A stretch of 64,000 bases of DNA from Camelus ferus (taxonomy: Eukaryota), in contig NC_045696.1 in assembly GCF_009834535.1 (NCBI RefSeq), positions 19,346,001-19,410,000 on the forward strand, in the 5' to 3' direction. Shown here piece by piece: positions 63,499 through 64,000 of the stretch. Made by a program: the position numbers and the translations under genes. Numbering within the stretch: position 1 is the first letter of the stretch; every line of letters starts with the position of its first letter. The notes beneath the pieces are model-generated. The model ran no database searches, was not told the origin of the DNA, and saw only the letters and a list, made by a program, of their open reading frames with translations.

Positions 63499-64000
63499 TA
63501 ACCACACAAGTATAGCAGTTTATTATTTTCTATACTTTTTTTTTTTTAGTTTGTTTTCAGTGTGGGGCAGAAACTGATGCATTAATGATTTAATTGGGGA
63601 TGAGATGTATTTCACATGCTGATTTGCCTTTGCAATTTCCTTTATCTCATTCAAATTGCAATACAGAGAATACAGAGCCTTATACAAAGAGCATAGGATG
63701 GCTGGTCTTATTTTAAATATCCAAGCTTATAGTTGAACTACAATTTTATTTTTTTCTTTAAGAATGCCGATTCATGACAACATTTCTGAAAATCATATTT
63801 ACAGTTAGTAACAATATAATTTTTATGGTCACTTTGTTAGCAAATTAAATAAAGCATTATAATCTAGTTTGATCTCTGTGGAAATGTTATAATAAAAAAT
63901 TTAAGATACACAGGAATGTGAATGTATTTAATGCCAAAGATCCACTCACTTTCAATGGCTAAAATGGTAAATTTATGTATATTTTACCACAAGATAAAAA

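Noticed and set aside
1..64000. CRISPR arrays, operons or other prokaryotic systems; remaining six-frame ORFs
   Set aside because: The sequence is mammalian and has no repeat-spacer arrays. The other ORFs are short, often low-complexity or inside repeats, and I recognised no homology.

Overview
AT-rich, CpG-poor mammalian DNA. Two tRNA-derived SINEs of the camelid Vic-1 type point to alpaca, llama or camel, and I saw no Alu, Bov-tA, PRE-1 or CanSINE copies. I could not identify any protein-coding exon of a known gene; the supplied ORFs are short and either spurious or fragments of transposon genes. Most of the window is layered transposon relics: L1 of several ages, L2, MIR, MaLR and ERVL LTRs, seven ERV1-class solo LTRs (six with visible 4-bp target-site duplications, TSDs), Tigger, Charlie and Blackjack DNA transposons, and microsatellites. 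The mixed repeat orientations and high LTR density suggest an intergenic or gene-desert setting. The most notable unexplained items are: (1) a GC-rich 619-bp insert with a TSD and an oligo(A) remnant inside an old L1, probably an orphan retrocopy; (2) minus-strand splice-competent segments, including a 47-nt exon and a 3-nt microexon candidate, downstream of a young minus-facing LTR promoter; (3) a 918-bp composite LTR; (4) a perfect fold-back palindrome within a TCTA/TAGA microsatellite; (5) an L1 with an in-frame ORF1-ORF2 fusion. Repeat family names come from remembered consensus similarity, not a database search, and the boundaries of old elements are approximate.
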